Assembly (NCBI GenBank): GCA_963770495.1
Contig: CAVYQA010000002.1
Coordinates: 16,955-80,954 of the forward strand
Direction of reading: 5' to 3'
Origin: Chitinophagales bacterium
Lineage (GTDB): Bacteria; Bacteroidota; Bacteroidia; Chitinophagales; CAVYQA01
DNA: 64,000 nt
The notes beneath the pieces were generated by a model that was not told the origin of the DNA, did no database searches, and was given only the letters and a program-made list of their open reading frames with translations. The translations under genes and the position numbers were made by a program. Of this stretch, positions 1 through 8,893 are shown piece by piece. The stretch's first letter is position 1. The number at the start of each line of letters is the position of its first letter.

Positions 1-305
1 AAATTGCTGAGCAGGAACATGGCAATTTTGGTATTCACTTTTAAATCGCCCTCTTCATCAGTAAGGCATTTAACCAGCCACGCCTCGGAATAATCTACAA
101 TTGATTCGCGTATCTCTCTCATCTCTTCGCCAAATTTTTTAGCGCGCACATGGGCAGCCTGGCGCGAATAGGATACGCCATATTTTTGCCGTATTAATTT
201 GGCGGTTAATGTTAATATGCCATTGGTTTCTATGAGGGCATCAAGAAATTCCTCATCGGTTACTTTGTGCGTTTGCTTAATACTCTGCGATTGTTTTGTA
301 CTCAT
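1..305 (-). CDS. hypothetical protein, N-terminal part only (gene runs off the left edge); small helical, possibly HTH-like
   Basis: ATG at 305..303 on the minus strand opens a frame that stays open to position 1: MSTKQSQSIKQTHKVTDEEFLDALIETNGILTLTAKLIRQKYGVSYSRQAAHVRAKKFGEEMREIRESIVDYSEAWL... It is absent from the ORF track because it is truncated. Confidence 0.4.
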   Translation of the reverse strand, partial: MSTKQSQSIKQTHKVTDEEFLDALIETNGILTLTAKLIRQKYGVSYSRQAAHVRAKKFGEEMREIRESIVDYSEAWLVKCLTDEEGDLKVNTKIAMFLLSN

Positions 306-440
306 AACTATATTTTAATTTGTAACTAAAATTATGAGCAATGGGAATGCGTTTATGCAAGTTGGGACAGGAAATTTTTCAGTGAACAATTATCAGTTAT
401 CAATTAACAATAAATGGAGCTCAGTATATTATATACAGGA

Positions 441-559
441 GATTGCTTCGCTACGCTCGCAATGACGGCATCTGGAAGGGGGTCTGCCGTCCCGTCAAAG
501 GCGGGACGGAAAATATCTCCGCACATATTGTCATCACGAGGAGGAACGACGAAGTGATC
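441..559. repeat. ~119-nt foldback intergenic element (copy A), MITE-like
   Basis: Arms are gattgcttcgctacgctcgcaatgac and gtcatcacgaggaggaacgacgaagtgatc, around a central hairpin ccgtcccgtcaaaggcgggacgg. A second copy with the same architecture lies at 34385-34494. Confidence 0.7.
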
Positions 560-623
560 TAATCAATTAATCCTTTAATTTTCAAATTAACTCATTCCCA
601 AATTTTCAAATTACCTTTGCCCC

Positions 624-1217
624 ATGTCAAAAGCCATACTCGGATTAAAGCTGCCTACTGACCCGCGCTGGGTGAACTTAGTGGAAATGAGTATTGAAGA
701 AATACTGACCGACCACGCCTATTGCGAAATGAAAGCCGCGCAAACGTGTATGTCGCTCATTCAAAAATATTCCGACAAAGTGCGGCTGGTGGATGAACTC
801 TCTCCCGTTGCCGCCGAAGAATGGGGACACTTCAGACTGGTATTAGCTGAATTAAAAAAACGCGGTTTAACATTAGGCAGAAATCACACGGATGACTACG
901 TGAACCGCTTACTGAATTTTGAACGCAAAGGCGACCGCATAGAGCGGCAACTGATGGACAAGCTGCTTATTAATGCCATGATTGAAGCGCGAAGCTGCGA
1001 GCGGTTCCGGTTATTATCGGAAGGATTGAAAGAATCGTCGCTGCGCAAATTTTACCGCACCTTCATGGTTTCCGAAGCAGGACACTACCGCCTTTTCCTC
1101 TCTCTTGCCAAAGAATATATGCCGACAAAAATTGTGAAGCTGCGCTGGGACGATTTGGTGGCGGAAGAGGCGGCGATAATGAAGGAACTGGCGCCGCGCG
1201 GCGAGAGAATGCACTAA
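624..1217 (+). CDS. miaE: tRNA-(ms2io6A37)-hydroxylase MiaE (ferritin-like di-iron)
   Basis: LTDHAYCEMKAAQT, IEARSCERF and SEAGHY blocks match MiaE signature regions; 197 aa. Confidence 0.85.
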   Translation: MSKAILGLKLPTDPRWVNLVEMSIEEILTDHAYCEMKAAQTCMSLIQKYSDKVRLVDELSPVAAEEWGHFRLVLAELKKRGLTLGRNHTDDYVNRLLNFERKGDRIERQLMDKLLINAMIEARSCERFRLLSEGLKESSLRKFYRTFMVSEAGHYRLFLSLAKEYMPTKIVKLRWDDLVAEEAAIMKELAPRGERMH

Positions 1218-1243
1218 TCCCTAAATCCCCTAAAGTGGACTTT
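1218..1243 (+). repeat. 27-nt hairpin repeat family, degenerate copy
   Basis: tccctaaatcccctaaagtggacttt lies immediately after the miaE stop. Other copies: 22228-22256, 39701-39728, 49274-49300, 49694-49721. Confidence 0.6.
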
Positions 1244-1248
1244 AAAAA

Positions 1249-1806
1249 TTAAAACGAGAGCCCCATTGTAAAGGGCATAGTTACATTATCAGTTGATTTA
1301 AAATCGAAAATATCATTTGCCTGGTAGCTGTAACTTTCAGCTTTAATGCCTAACGCCATCTGAAGGCTTATATTATGCGTTACAAGTATACTAACTCCAA
1401 CATTAAGTCCTATAAAAATATTATTATTAGTATCAAATCCTCTGACACCCGCAATCTCATAACCGCCGTATAAGTTTAAGAATGGAGCAACATATTTGCC
1501 CGGGTTAAAATAATACCTGAAATCGGCAGACAACGGCACCAACATTCCGGGATTACAGTATTCAAAACCGATACCAATTCCCATAGAAAAACTTTTGACA
1601 GGTCTATAAGCAAAAACATTATTTACTCCTACTGTCATCCAATTCTGCTGGCTGCTTAAATCATTAAAATTCATTTCAGCTATGTCGTTGAATTTGCTTA
1701 CGGCTGGCGGCGGTGTATTGGCAGGAGCATTTTGCGCCCTTGTAAGGGTTGATGCCGCAACTAATAAAACAGTGAATAGGGTGGTTATTGATTTCACATA
1801 TTTCAT
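1249..1806 (-). CDS. outer-membrane beta-barrel protein (small porin-like), signal peptide
   Basis: N-terminal signal MKYVKSITTLFTVLLVAASTLTRAQ, alternating aromatic/Gly-rich beta-strand pattern, C-terminal ...GLSF. Confidence 0.6.
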   Translation of the reverse strand: MKYVKSITTLFTVLLVAASTLTRAQNAPANTPPPAVSKFNDIAEMNFNDLSSQQNWMTVGVNNVFAYRPVKSFSMGIGIGFEYCNPGMLVPLSADFRYYFNPGKYVAPFLNLYGGYEIAGVRGFDTNNNIFIGLNVGVSILVTHNISLQMALGIKAESYSYQANDIFDFKSTDNVTMPFTMGLSF

Positions 1807-2038
1807 AGTTTACGGTTTTTACTTTATAAATAACAACAACTCACGTCCAAATATAATTGGCACATAGAAATAGCACTTGGTAAAAGTTTCCTAAAAATAA
1901 GACGATATAATGCCATGAATGGTTGGCACATAATATTTATAAGCATAAATGTCGCCTTAGTAAGTGTTGTTGTCGCAATTAATAAAATTGCCAATACTGT
2001 GGTGGTTAGAGTTTTCATGTAGTATAGGTTTTAACTGC

Positions 2039-2950
2039 TTATAAGGTAATTCTTATCCCGGCATTTATGCCAATAGCTGATGAATTCATTATAGTGAACT
2101 CATCCGTAAAGGTGCCGTTAACATATGCCTCGCCAAAAATTGAAAAGTGTTTGTTGAGTTGCATGGTGCTGCCCCCGGCGAAATACAGCCCCACATTGGG
2201 GTTATCGAGTATTGTGTTCTGATAAGGATAAACACCGATAACAGCGCCGGAAGAATTGTAATCTACTGAATTATCGTTAATATAAATTTTATTGAGTGCA
2301 ATTATAAGCGCTCCCATTTTGGCATAAGGCGTAAATTTATGGTGGTTAGCCGTTATAATTACATTAGGTATTACATACATATAGGTATTCTGATTGTTCA
2401 TTATTTCATTAGAACGTAAATAAGTTATCGTATAAGTAATAAGATTGGGAGGAGTACCACTGTAAACCACGTAAGGTATAGTTGAGGATGTATTAGAATT
2501 ATAGTTGAGAGTTTGATACGTTAATTCAATGCCCAGCTGAACGCGGCGTGATACCGTGACTCCTAAATTTACACTTGAGGCAAAATCAATTTTTGTTTTA
2601 TTATTTATATCGTAGGGGGGTTTAACTCCAAATTGTGTGTTAAAGCAGCCGCCAATATCAATAAATGTGCGTTGGAGAAAATTACCATATTGGTTATGTT
2701 GGTCGGTTGGAGTCAGGCTGTTAAGCATCAGCGTTGAGCCGTCTTTATAATCTATTACAAGAACATCGCTTTTAGCTATGCTATAAGTGGTGGTATCAGC
2801 GCCACCCGCTTTTTGATATTTCACGGTGTTTAAATTGACATCGGTAACAGTGCCTCTTAGCTGGGTGCCGTTTTTAAGTGTAATAACGTCCTGCGCGTGA
2901 AGGGTGGCAAAAAACAGGATTGCTGCGAATAAAAGCGAAATTTTTTTCAT
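2039..2950 (-). CDS. hypothetical secreted or outer-membrane protein
   Basis: Signal peptide MKKISLLFAAILFFATLHAQ. The C-terminal half has a beta-strand-like pattern ending in an aromatic/aliphatic residue. Confidence 0.45.
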   Translation of the reverse strand: MKKISLLFAAILFFATLHAQDVITLKNGTQLRGTVTDVNLNTVKYQKAGGADTTTYSIAKSDVLVIDYKDGSTLMLNSLTPTDQHNQYGNFLQRTFIDIGGCFNTQFGVKPPYDINNKTKIDFASSVNLGVTVSRRVQLGIELTYQTLNYNSNTSSTIPYVVYSGTPPNLITYTITYLRSNEIMNNQNTYMYVIPNVIITANHHKFTPYAKMGALIIALNKIYINDNSVDYNSSGAVIGVYPYQNTILDNPNVGLYFAGGSTMQLNKHFSIFGEAYVNGTFTDEFTIMNSSAIGINAGIRITL

Positions 2951-3125
2951 GGTTTAAAATTTAAATGGTTAAAAGAAAAGAACGCTGATATATTCTCACT
3001 ACTAATGTAGTAAATATTCATTTAATGCAACTTTTATTTACAATTTAAAAGTTAACAGTTAATAGTTAATTGTTGATAGTTCTCTACACCTCACACCGGT
3101 ATAGTAGCACATCAGCACATCAATC

Positions 3126-4244
3126 TCAATATATTCCTATTTTCCGAATGCGATTATTATAATAATCCGCCACATACACTGCATCGCCCGATGGATCAAC
3201 GGCCACACCCTTGGGAGTGTTTAACGTGGCGGAAGTTGCCGCTCCCCCATCGCCTGAGAAGTTTTTTTTGCCGTTACCTGCCACCGTCCTGATGATGCCG
3301 GAACTGCTTATTTTGCGAACGCGGTTATTAAAAGAATCGCCGATATAAATTACGCCCGACTCATCTATGGCTATTCCCGCAGGGCTGTTAAGCGTGGCAG
3401 CCGTGGCGGGACCATCGTCACCGGAAAAGCCGGGATTTTCGTTACCCGCAATAGTGGAAATGATGCCGCCGCTTATTTTGCGAACACAGTTATTTGAATA
3501 ATCGTCGAAATAAATCGTGCCCGAAGCATCAACAACTATTCCCCACGGGTTATTGAGCTGGGCGGCAGTGGCGGCTCCGCCGTCGCCAGAATACGATTGG
3601 TCGCCCGTTCCTGCAATAGTAGTGATGATGCCCGTTTTTGCATCTACCTCACGAATGCGGTTATTTCCAAAATCCGAAATGTAAAGATTACCCGTCGCAT
3701 CAACAGCCACACCTGCGGGATTATTAAGCTCGGCATCGGTTGCTGCGCCGTTATCGCCCGAATAGCCATTGTCGCGGCTTCCCGCCACCGTGGTGATGAT
3801 GCCCGTTTTTGCCGCCACCTTGCGCACACGCTGGTTGTGCTGGTCGGCAATATAAACGTTACCCGCCACATCAACGGCAACACCGGCGGGAAAATTCAGC
3901 TCAGCTTTGGTGGCTGCTCCGCCATCGCCAGAAAATCCGCCATAGGCATAACTGCCGTTTCCCGCAATGGTAACGATTAAGCCCGTTTTGGCGCTCACTC
4001 TGCGAATGCGGTTATTTTTCTGGTCAACGATATACAGGTTACCGGCGGCATCAACAGCCACACCCACAGGATAATAAAGCCCGGTGGAATCGGCGGGCAC
4101 ATTCTCCGATAATTCCGAATACCCCGCATAGCCGTCTCCGGCAACGGTGGTTATGGTTTGCGCTTGTGTGTGTGTGCCTAATATTATAAGTAAGCAAACA
4201 GGTAAAAAAAATGTTGCTGCGGTTTTTCCGAAATTAACTATCAT
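3126..4244 (-). CDS. NHL-repeat beta-propeller protein, secreted
   Basis: Six to seven tandem units of the form TIAGxGxxGYSGDGGAATxAxLNxPxGVAVDxxGNxYIxDxxNxRIRKV, plus a signal peptide. Confidence 0.8.
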   Translation of the reverse strand: MIVNFGKTAATFFLPVCLLIILGTHTQAQTITTVAGDGYAGYSELSENVPADSTGLYYPVGVAVDAAGNLYIVDQKNNRIRRVSAKTGLIVTIAGNGSYAYGGFSGDGGAATKAELNFPAGVAVDVAGNVYIADQHNQRVRKVAAKTGIITTVAGSRDNGYSGDNGAATDAELNNPAGVAVDATGNLYISDFGNNRIREVDAKTGIITTIAGTGDQSYSGDGGAATAAQLNNPWGIVVDASGTIYFDDYSNNCVRKISGGIISTIAGNENPGFSGDDGPATAATLNSPAGIAIDESGVIYIGDSFNNRVRKISSSGIIRTVAGNGKKNFSGDGGAATSATLNTPKGVAVDPSGDAVYVADYYNNRIRKIGIY

Positions 4245-4325
4245 GAAACTATAATTTAATGTGAGAGAATCAGAGTGATTCCCGTTAGGACAAAAATAAT
4301 TTTAAAATTTGAAACTGTTACAGAT

Positions 4326-4985
4326 TTATTCTTTAATAAATGAGAACGAAGCCGATTGATATTGCGGCAACTGCTTATTCATTCTAAAAGTGGATTTGTA
4401 AGGACCGACCACGATATTTGCATTGATAAGCCAGTCGGGAATGTCACCGCCCGGATTGCCGAAAGCCGTATAATCAATTTTTATTTTACCGTTTCCTAAT
4501 TCTGTAAGTGTGTAAACAGATTGAAATTGTTTTATGCGCAGTATACCGGGCTTGTCAGGTATATAGCCAGGGGCAGCCATACTGCTGATAGTTACCGTTT
4601 TTGTTAATGAATCCTGGCTGATTTTTGAATCGGTTATTAAATCACGGTCACTAAACGGCCAAGGCACATCGGTTAATTCGTAATCATACTGTTCACGGTC
4701 ATTAATTAATTTCAAAATTTTGTATTCACTGCAATGATAGACCCATTTATGAAAATTTTCAGCATCAAGAAGCACTGCCACAACACCTGACAGGGAGGAA
4801 TTAACCGTATCTATTACCCAAATCTCTTTAATGCCGGAACCCTCGTGATACCTTGTATATACGGCAATCCCATTTTTGTTTTTTCTTAACACCCAATCGG
4901 ACGAGTCATTTGAAGAAAAACCAATGACTATAATTAACGGCAAAAAAAGCAGGATACTGTTCAGTTTCATAAAATAAAAATGCAT
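4326..4985 (-). CDS. START-like lipid-binding domain protein (possible start at 4970, MKLNS)
   Basis: Signal or anchor segment followed by WxLxKxKNGIxVYTR... and VPWPFSDRD, which resemble START/Bet v1-like proteins. Lies 49 nt downstream of the ATPase on the same strand. Confidence 0.5.
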   Translation of the reverse strand: MHFYFMKLNSILLFLPLIIVIGFSSNDSSDWVLRKNKNGIAVYTRYHEGSGIKEIWVIDTVNSSLSGVVAVLLDAENFHKWVYHCSEYKILKLINDREQYDYELTDVPWPFSDRDLITDSKISQDSLTKTVTISSMAAPGYIPDKPGILRIKQFQSVYTLTELGNGKIKIDYTAFGNPGGDIPDWLINANIVVGPYKSTFRMNKQLPQYQSASFSFIKE

Positions 4986-5034
4986 AATTTAATTTAAAGA
5001 TTCAATAAAATATCAAATCAGCATTTTGTTAATT

Positions 5035-7539
5035 TTATTTAACCGATGTTATACGAAAAGGCTTCCTTCCTAACAAAGAAGTTTTAGTGGGGTCAAAAAC
5101 CTGGTAAGCTATTAGTTTCACGCGATCATTCACCAGGAACCAAGCCAGCGCATATCCCCAAACAAATGCTGCCCAACCCCAGCCGATGGGTGTCATAAAC
5201 AACCCGTAAACCGCTATCAATGTCGCCACAAGCTGAGTGCCGAGAACAGCTAACCACAGAACCCGTGCGGGACGTATGGACCAGAATGGCCCGCGTGTGC
5301 GCGTGAGAAAAATCGTGAGATGACCTGCCACGGACAGCTTCAGATACATCAGGGTTTGGATGTGCGCCCTGTCGAGATGAAATACGCGCTCACCCAGGTA
5401 AAACAATCCAAACGCAGCCACAACGCCGATGATGCCAAGCACGGTAGATATGCCCAGCACCAAGCGCATATTCCATGCCTCGGGTTTATCCTTATAATGA
5501 ACGTTGTCGTAGGCAATGGACAGGATGGCTCCGTCGTTGAGTAATGCCAGCATCACAATCATCACTGCCGTCACCGGGTAGAAGTTAAACACCAGGATCG
5601 CCAGTGTCATTAAGAATAACACACGCAGGGTTTCAGCTATACGGTATATGGCGTAGCTGTTCATACGCTGGAAGATTTTCCGGCTTTCTTTTATCCCGTC
5701 AATAATAACCGACAAACCGGGCGCTAACAGAACTATTGATGCGGCTGCACGTGCCGCATCGGTTGCGCCGGAAACGGCTATGCCGCAGTTTGCTTTTTTC
5801 AGAGCGGGAGCGTCATTCACCCCGTCGCCGGTCATGCCGACGATATGCCCGCGTTGCTGCAACACATCCACAATGTGGAATTTATGTTCAGGAAATACCT
5901 GGGCAAAACCATCGGCTTTTTCTATGGCTTCTGCCGACTGTGCGGTTTCGTGACTCTTACTGTCGCCCAATCCGCTGGCATCAAGAATATTTGTGCCTAG
6001 CCCCAGTTGCCTGGCAGTTTCCTCTGCAATTGCCAATTGATCGCCGGTAATCATTTTGATGTTCACACCCATCTTCTCGGCGCTGGCGATGGTTGCTTTT
6101 GCCTGTGGGCGCGGCGGATCGTACAAGGGCAACACACCGGCAAACTGCCACTTGCCTTTCTCATCAGCACGTGCAACACCCAATGAGCGGAAACCGCGCG
6201 ACGCAAATTCGTTGATGGCTTTCTCTACATCGGGTTTTATCTCACTAACGTTAGTTGACATTGCCAGAATCACCTGCGACGCTCCCTTTGACACATAGAA
6301 TTGTTTCCCGTCTGCGGATTTGATAGTGGCTTCGGTGCGCTTGTGCACAGGATCGAATGGCTGGTAATGGATTATATTATATCCTTTCAAAGCCTCGCTG
6401 TTCTTCAAGCCGGCTAATACAGCCAAATCAATGGTGTCTTCATCTTCTGCACGTGAAGCCAGTGCGGCATAAAGGATAACCTGATCGGCAGCGATATTGT
6501 TTACAGTAAACGGCTCGCCCAGGGTGAGTTTATTTTGAGTAAGAGTGCCGGTTTTATCAGAGCACAATATGTCTACTCCGGCTAATTCCTCTATAGACGA
6601 CAACCGGGTAACAATCGCTTGTTTTTTTGCAAGAAGGCGGGCGCCAACTGCCATTGTTACCGACAACACTGTGGGCATGGCAACAGGAATAGCAGCCACC
6701 AAAAGCACTAATGCGAATGCGAGCGTGGTGAGAATAGCGTCGCCGCGAAAGATTGCAACCATAATAATCGTCACTACCAATACCACTGCAAGGATAATCA
6801 GGTAATCGCCAATCTTAAGAACAGCGCGCTGAAAATGGCTGACCGTGTGAGCTTCTTCTACCAACTGCGCTGTCTTGCCGAAATAAGTGTTCGTACCCGT
6901 GGCATAAACCATCGCATCAATTTCTCCTTTGCGGATAATTGAACCCGAGAACACTGCTTCGCCTGATTTGTGTGTAACGGGCAACGATTCACCCGTCAAT
7001 GCCGATTGATCCACTTCAACGGGATCGCCAGCCAGCAAGCGCGCATCTGCCGGCACAATGTCACCCAACCGCACACGGATGACATCGCCCGGCACCAGCT
7101 CACGTGCCACCGGATTAACCCATTTCCCGTCACGTTTAACTTTGGCTTTTATTGCCAGCTTTGCTTTCAGCGCAGCTATGGCGTTTCCCGCCTGGTGTTC
7201 TTCCCAGAATCTTACTATGGAGTTGGAAAAAAGTAAAAGCAGGATGATGAAAAAGTCGAGCCAGTGCCGCACCACACCTGAAAGAATTACTGCCCCTTCA
7301 ATCATCCAGGGGATAGGACCCCAAAAGTAGGAGAGGAATTTCAGGAGCGGATTGATTTTCTTTTCTTCAATCTCGTTAGGTCCGTATTGAATAAGCCGTT
7401 TTTCTGCCTCGGCTTGTGTAAGCCCTTCCGGCGACGATTCCAATTTTTTCTCCACCTCCGCCAGTGGCAACGACTTCATATCATCCTTCGTGTCGGGCTT
7501 AGATTCAGTAGCTGCGGACTGCCCGGTTTTATCGTTCAT
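5035..7539 (-). CDS. P-type ATPase, plasma-membrane H+-ATPase-like (P3A subfamily)
   Basis: DKTGTLT phosphorylation motif, TGES, MITGD, GMTGDGVNDAPALKKA. N-terminus GLTQAEAEKRLIQYGPNEIEEKKINPLLKFLSYFWGPIPWMIE resembles plant/fungal proton pumps. Confidence 0.9.
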   Translation of the reverse strand: MNDKTGQSAATESKPDTKDDMKSLPLAEVEKKLESSPEGLTQAEAEKRLIQYGPNEIEEKKINPLLKFLSYFWGPIPWMIEGAVILSGVVRHWLDFFIILLLLFSNSIVRFWEEHQAGNAIAALKAKLAIKAKVKRDGKWVNPVARELVPGDVIRVRLGDIVPADARLLAGDPVEVDQSALTGESLPVTHKSGEAVFSGSIIRKGEIDAMVYATGTNTYFGKTAQLVEEAHTVSHFQRAVLKIGDYLIILAVVLVVTIIMVAIFRGDAILTTLAFALVLLVAAIPVAMPTVLSVTMAVGARLLAKKQAIVTRLSSIEELAGVDILCSDKTGTLTQNKLTLGEPFTVNNIAADQVILYAALASRAEDEDTIDLAVLAGLKNSEALKGYNIIHYQPFDPVHKRTEATIKSADGKQFYVSKGASQVILAMSTNVSEIKPDVEKAINEFASRGFRSLGVARADEKGKWQFAGVLPLYDPPRPQAKATIASAEKMGVNIKMITGDQLAIAEETARQLGLGTNILDASGLGDSKSHETAQSAEAIEKADGFAQVFPEHKFHIVDVLQQRGHIVGMTGDGVNDAPALKKANCGIAVSGATDAARAAASIVLLAPGLSVIIDGIKESRKIFQRMNSYAIYRIAETLRVLFLMTLAILVFNFYPVTAVMIVMLALLNDGAILSIAYDNVHYKDKPEAWNMRLVLGISTVLGIIGVVAAFGLFYLGERVFHLDRAHIQTLMYLKLSVAGHLTIFLTRTRGPFWSIRPARVLWLAVLGTQLVATLIAVYGLFMTPIGWGWAAFVWGYALAWFLVNDRVKLIAYQVFDPTKTSLLGRKPFRITSVK

Positions 7540-7638
7540 AATGACTATTCTCTTTTTGGTTATTTGACGCTTAACTCTATAGAAATAACTTTTTCGGATT
7601 TACATTTTAAATTGAATGAGATTTTTTTTCATTTTATT

Positions 7639-8385
7639 TTAATAAAGTCTTTCTTTTATGTTTTTAGTTGTCGCCGGATAAACCAGCCCATAATTACGCG
7701 ATACTAATTTTTCACTCTTATTACCATATTTCAATTGCTTTAGAAGATGGGTGATAAGAGCGATATGCGCCGTTTTCTTATCCTCCGCGTTCACCACAAA
7801 CCAGGGAGCGTGTTTGAAATTGGTTCTCAGAAGCATTTCATTGCGGGCTTCGGAATAATCTTTCCAGTATTTCTGCGCCACCTCATCAATAGGGCTTATT
7901 TTCCACTGGGTGAGCGGGCTTTTCTCGCGCTCATTCAGTCTTCTTGCCTGTTCCTTTTTGCTGATGTCGAGATAATATTTCAGAATAATGAAGCCGGCGT
8001 CCACCAGGATCTTCTCAAATAAATCCACTTCCGTGAAAAATGATTTGTATTCTTTATCGGTGCAGAAGCCCATCACTTTTTCCACGCCGGCGCGGTTGTA
8101 CCAGCTCCGGTTGAAGAGCACAAACTCGCCTGATATGGGCAACTCAACGGCGTAACGCTGAAAATACCATTCCTTCCCCTGCCGGTCGGATGGCTTGCCC
8201 AATGCCACTGTCCTCGTTTCACGCGGGCTGAGATGCATGGTAATCACTTTTATAGTCCCGTCTTTACCGGCTGCGTCTCTTCCTTCAAGTATCACGAGCA
8301 GTTTAAGGTCAGAAGTTATTATTTCCTTTTGCAGCTTCACCAGCTCGATGTACAGCTTATGTAATAGTTTTTTTTCTTTCTTCAT
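7639..8385 (-). CDS. ppk2: polyphosphate kinase 2 (PPK2) family protein
   Basis: LVILEGRDAAGKDGTIK Walker-A-like block, FNRSWYNR and the lid region are typical of PPK2. Confidence 0.9.
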   Translation of the reverse strand: MKKEKKLLHKLYIELVKLQKEIITSDLKLLVILEGRDAAGKDGTIKVITMHLSPRETRTVALGKPSDRQGKEWYFQRYAVELPISGEFVLFNRSWYNRAGVEKVMGFCTDKEYKSFFTEVDLFEKILVDAGFIILKYYLDISKKEQARRLNEREKSPLTQWKISPIDEVAQKYWKDYSEARNEMLLRTNFKHAPWFVVNAEDKKTAHIALITHLLKQLKYGNKSEKLVSRNYGLVYPATTKNIKERLY

Positions 8386-8391
8386 ATCAAT

Positions 8392-8757
8392 TTATTTCGT
8401 TGCAATCCATTTTTTTGCTTCTTCCAATTCGGTATTTTTAAAAATGCGAACCTCGCAGGGCATCATATACCCGAAGAATTTAATAACTGAATTTATGGCG
8501 TGATTATCAGAAACAAGGGCAACTTTGTCCCATACGGTAAAATGCTTCATACCGATTTTGGCATCATCCATCAAAGCGGACAATTCAAAGCCGTTAAAAC
8601 CGCTTCCAAGGTTGTATAGCAAACGGATTTTTTTGTTCGTCAGCAACTTTTTTTCTACGGCAGGAATTAAAACCGTTTCATAATCCATTCCGGTCACCTT
8701 TCCTTCTGCTGAAAATCCCAGAACATTATCGGGTAAATCACTCATTACTTTTATCAT
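8392..8757 (-). CDS. STAS/SEC14-like (SpoIIAA-like, DUF3478-type) protein
   Basis: 121 aa. MIKVMSDLPDNVLGFSAEGKVTGMDYE...IRLLY...FELSALMDD pattern. Lies 7 nt upstream of ppk2. Confidence 0.65.
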   Translation of the reverse strand: MIKVMSDLPDNVLGFSAEGKVTGMDYETVLIPAVEKKLLTNKKIRLLYNLGSGFNGFELSALMDDAKIGMKHFTVWDKVALVSDNHAINSVIKFFGYMMPCEVRIFKNTELEEAKKWIATK

Positions 8758-8783
8758 ATAGCTATTTTTTGTTGTAGAAAGCT

Positions 8784-8826
8784 ACAAAAATATTGCCATA
8801 TCCTTCTTAACAAATGATTTATATCA
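8784..8826 (-). promoter_or_regulatory. putative promoter (TATTTTTG -7 box on the minus strand) with upstream TGAT-N4-ATCA dyad
   Basis: 19-nt block acaaaaatattgccatatc (8784-8802) is identical to 10038-10056. Dyad TGATttatATCA at 8815-8826, centred about 41 nt upstream of the predicted TSS. Confidence 0.35.
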
Positions 8827-8893
8827 TTTTCGCAAACGGATTACATCATTCAACCCTCAAACCTTTCAACCTTCAAACTTTTAAACCTTCTTC

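Noticed and set aside
1824-2018. 64-aa ORF with a signal-peptide-like start (MKTLTTTVLAILLIATTTLTKA)
   Set aside because: After the hydrophobic start the sequence is unstructured and Cys/Leu-rich. It may be the remnant of a paralogue of the neighbouring beta-barrel genes. The evidence is insufficient to call a gene or a pseudogene.
3597-3980. Antisense or alternative-frame ORFs nested inside large genes: 3597..3980, 3644..3883, 5320..7707 series, 9014..9376, 12063..13161 series, 13394..14162 series, 15064..15326, 33162..33917, 40113..41171, 48359..49267, 55564..55953
   Set aside because: All lie entirely within, or opposite, genes that have strong family signatures. Their translations are low-complexity or Arg/Cys-rich shadow frames with no motifs.
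3126-4244. Strong ~140-nt DNA periodicity here, and a similar periodicity at about 60840-62150
   Set aside because: Both are explained by protein-level tandem domains (NHL repeats, and Ig-like repeats in the T9SS protein). They are not non-coding repeats or mobile DNA.
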